Below, one piece after another: positions 62,841 to 64,000 of a stretch of DNA of 64,000 bases. The stretch spans positions 41,391,808-41,455,807 of the forward strand of contig NC_068985.1 in assembly GCF_001194135.2 (NCBI RefSeq). The letters run 5' to 3'. The translations under genes were made by a program, and so were the position numbers. The notes beneath the pieces are model-generated. The model saw only the letters and a program-made list of their open reading frames with translations. It searched no databases and had not been told where the DNA came from. Every line of letters begins with the position of its first letter. Position 1 is the first letter of the stretch. The stretch comes from Octopus bimaculoides. Taxonomy: Eukaryota.

Positions 62841-63799
62841 GATATGCGTTTATGCGTATGTGTATGCATGCGTGAGGACCCGTATGTTTACGCGTATGTG
62901 TATGCATGCATGAAGACCTGTAAGTGTATAGACGCGTGTGTATATTTCTGGATATGCCTATGTACGTATATGCGTTTGCATATGTATGCATATGGACGTG
63001 TGCGTGTTTATATGCGTGCCTACATGCATGGAAATGCGTGTATACATGTACGCGTATCTGTATATAATCACGTGTATGTATGTAATCATATGTACATGTG
63101 TGTAGACGCATACAAAAGATCTTAGAGCCTTAACTATGCGCCCTTGTACGTATTCTTTCAGATGTTCCTAAATTCTTATCGCAATTATGACTTCCAAGCA
63201 TGTGACACTCGCCTCACAACCGTTCTCATTATATTCATGTTATGAGAGGGGAAAGAAATCATCATAATGACGAAGCTTTTTATGAATTACTTGATGAAAA
63301 GCCTTGTTTGTTTAAGATTTCGTTGCTAAGGCACCATTAGTAAGCTGAGTATTTTTTTTATTTATTTATTAAAACCAACAATTGGCAAAGAAGTCAACCA
63401 AACAACGCACAGCAAAATCACGTAATTTCAGTAACTCATCAACACCAACCTTACACTAAACTAGCGATGAAATGGATGGTACGAAATTACGATGATGCTT
63501 CTATGCGTGATTAAATATCAGGTCATCCCATAAGTTCTGTCCGAATTTTGAATAAAGAAAACAAGTGATAAAATGTTTTATCTAATTGAAATTTTATCAT
63601 CAATATACTTTCCCTGATTATCAATGACTTCCTTCCATCTATTTACAAGCTTTTTAATCTCATCAATGTAAAACTCTTTTGCATACAAAAATTAGAAATN
63701 NNNNNNNNNNNNNNNNNNNNNNNNNNNNNNNNNNNNNNNNNNNNNNNNNNNNNNNNNNNNNNNNNNNNNNNNNNNNNNNNNNNNNNNNNNNNNNNNNNN

Positions 63800-63831
<32 letters not shown>

Positions 63832-63879
63832 CACGATATTGGATACTGTGCGACGTATTCGATAATATAATAATAATAA

Positions 63880-64000
63880 TTTCAAAGTTTGGCACAAGGT
63901 CAACAGTTTCGGGGGTGGGGCGGATAAGTCGCTTACATCGATTCCAGTGATCAACTGGTACATATTTTACGGACCAATAAATGATGAAGGGCAAAGTCAA
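63880..64000 (-). mobile_element. SINE-B 3' part with (ATT)n tail, truncated by the window edge
   Basis: TTTCAAAGTTTGGCACAAGG...CTGGTACAT...GATGAAGGGCAAAGTC. Confidence 0.85.

Noticed and set aside
1-64000. CRISPR arrays, operons, rRNA or prokaryotic defence systems
   Set aside because: There are no regular repeat-spacer arrays, no gene-dense segments and no rRNA-like sequence; the window is eukaryotic repeat-rich DNA.

Overview
AT-rich, microsatellite-saturated metazoan DNA from a draft assembly, with roughly 9 kb of N gaps. The repeat content points to a coleoid cephalopod, most likely Octopus; this is an inference from SINE and LINE style, not a database match. I found no confidently identifiable host protein-coding exon, so the window reads as intergenic or deep intronic. 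Most long entries in the ORF track are artefacts of N runs or simple repeats. Real coding remnants are all decayed mobile elements: four mariner (DD34D-type) copies or fragments, two maT-like DD37D copies, one Tigger and one pogo-like DDE_1 remnant, four R4/Dong-like RLE non-LTR fragments, and RTE-like, L1/Tx1-like and Penelope-like fragments. Non-coding repeats include hAT MITEs with 8-bp TSDs and three tRNA-headed SINE families, with about 25 copies of the commonest (here SINE-B). One tRNA-Asp(GTC)-derived gene is present. The best lead is a tRNA-Asp + SINE-B unit bracketed by a 16-bp direct repeat. A SINE-B dimer bracketed by a 19-bp direct repeat supports the same idea: Pol III read-through transcripts ending in the SINE tail may be retroposed as composite units. 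Other leads are a ~490-bp foldback hairpin, Penelope-type ends with a degenerate hammerhead-like motif, (TAA)n-embedded Dong-like LINEs and several splice or regulatory motifs in unique islands. I did not find strong evidence of a new multi-gene system.
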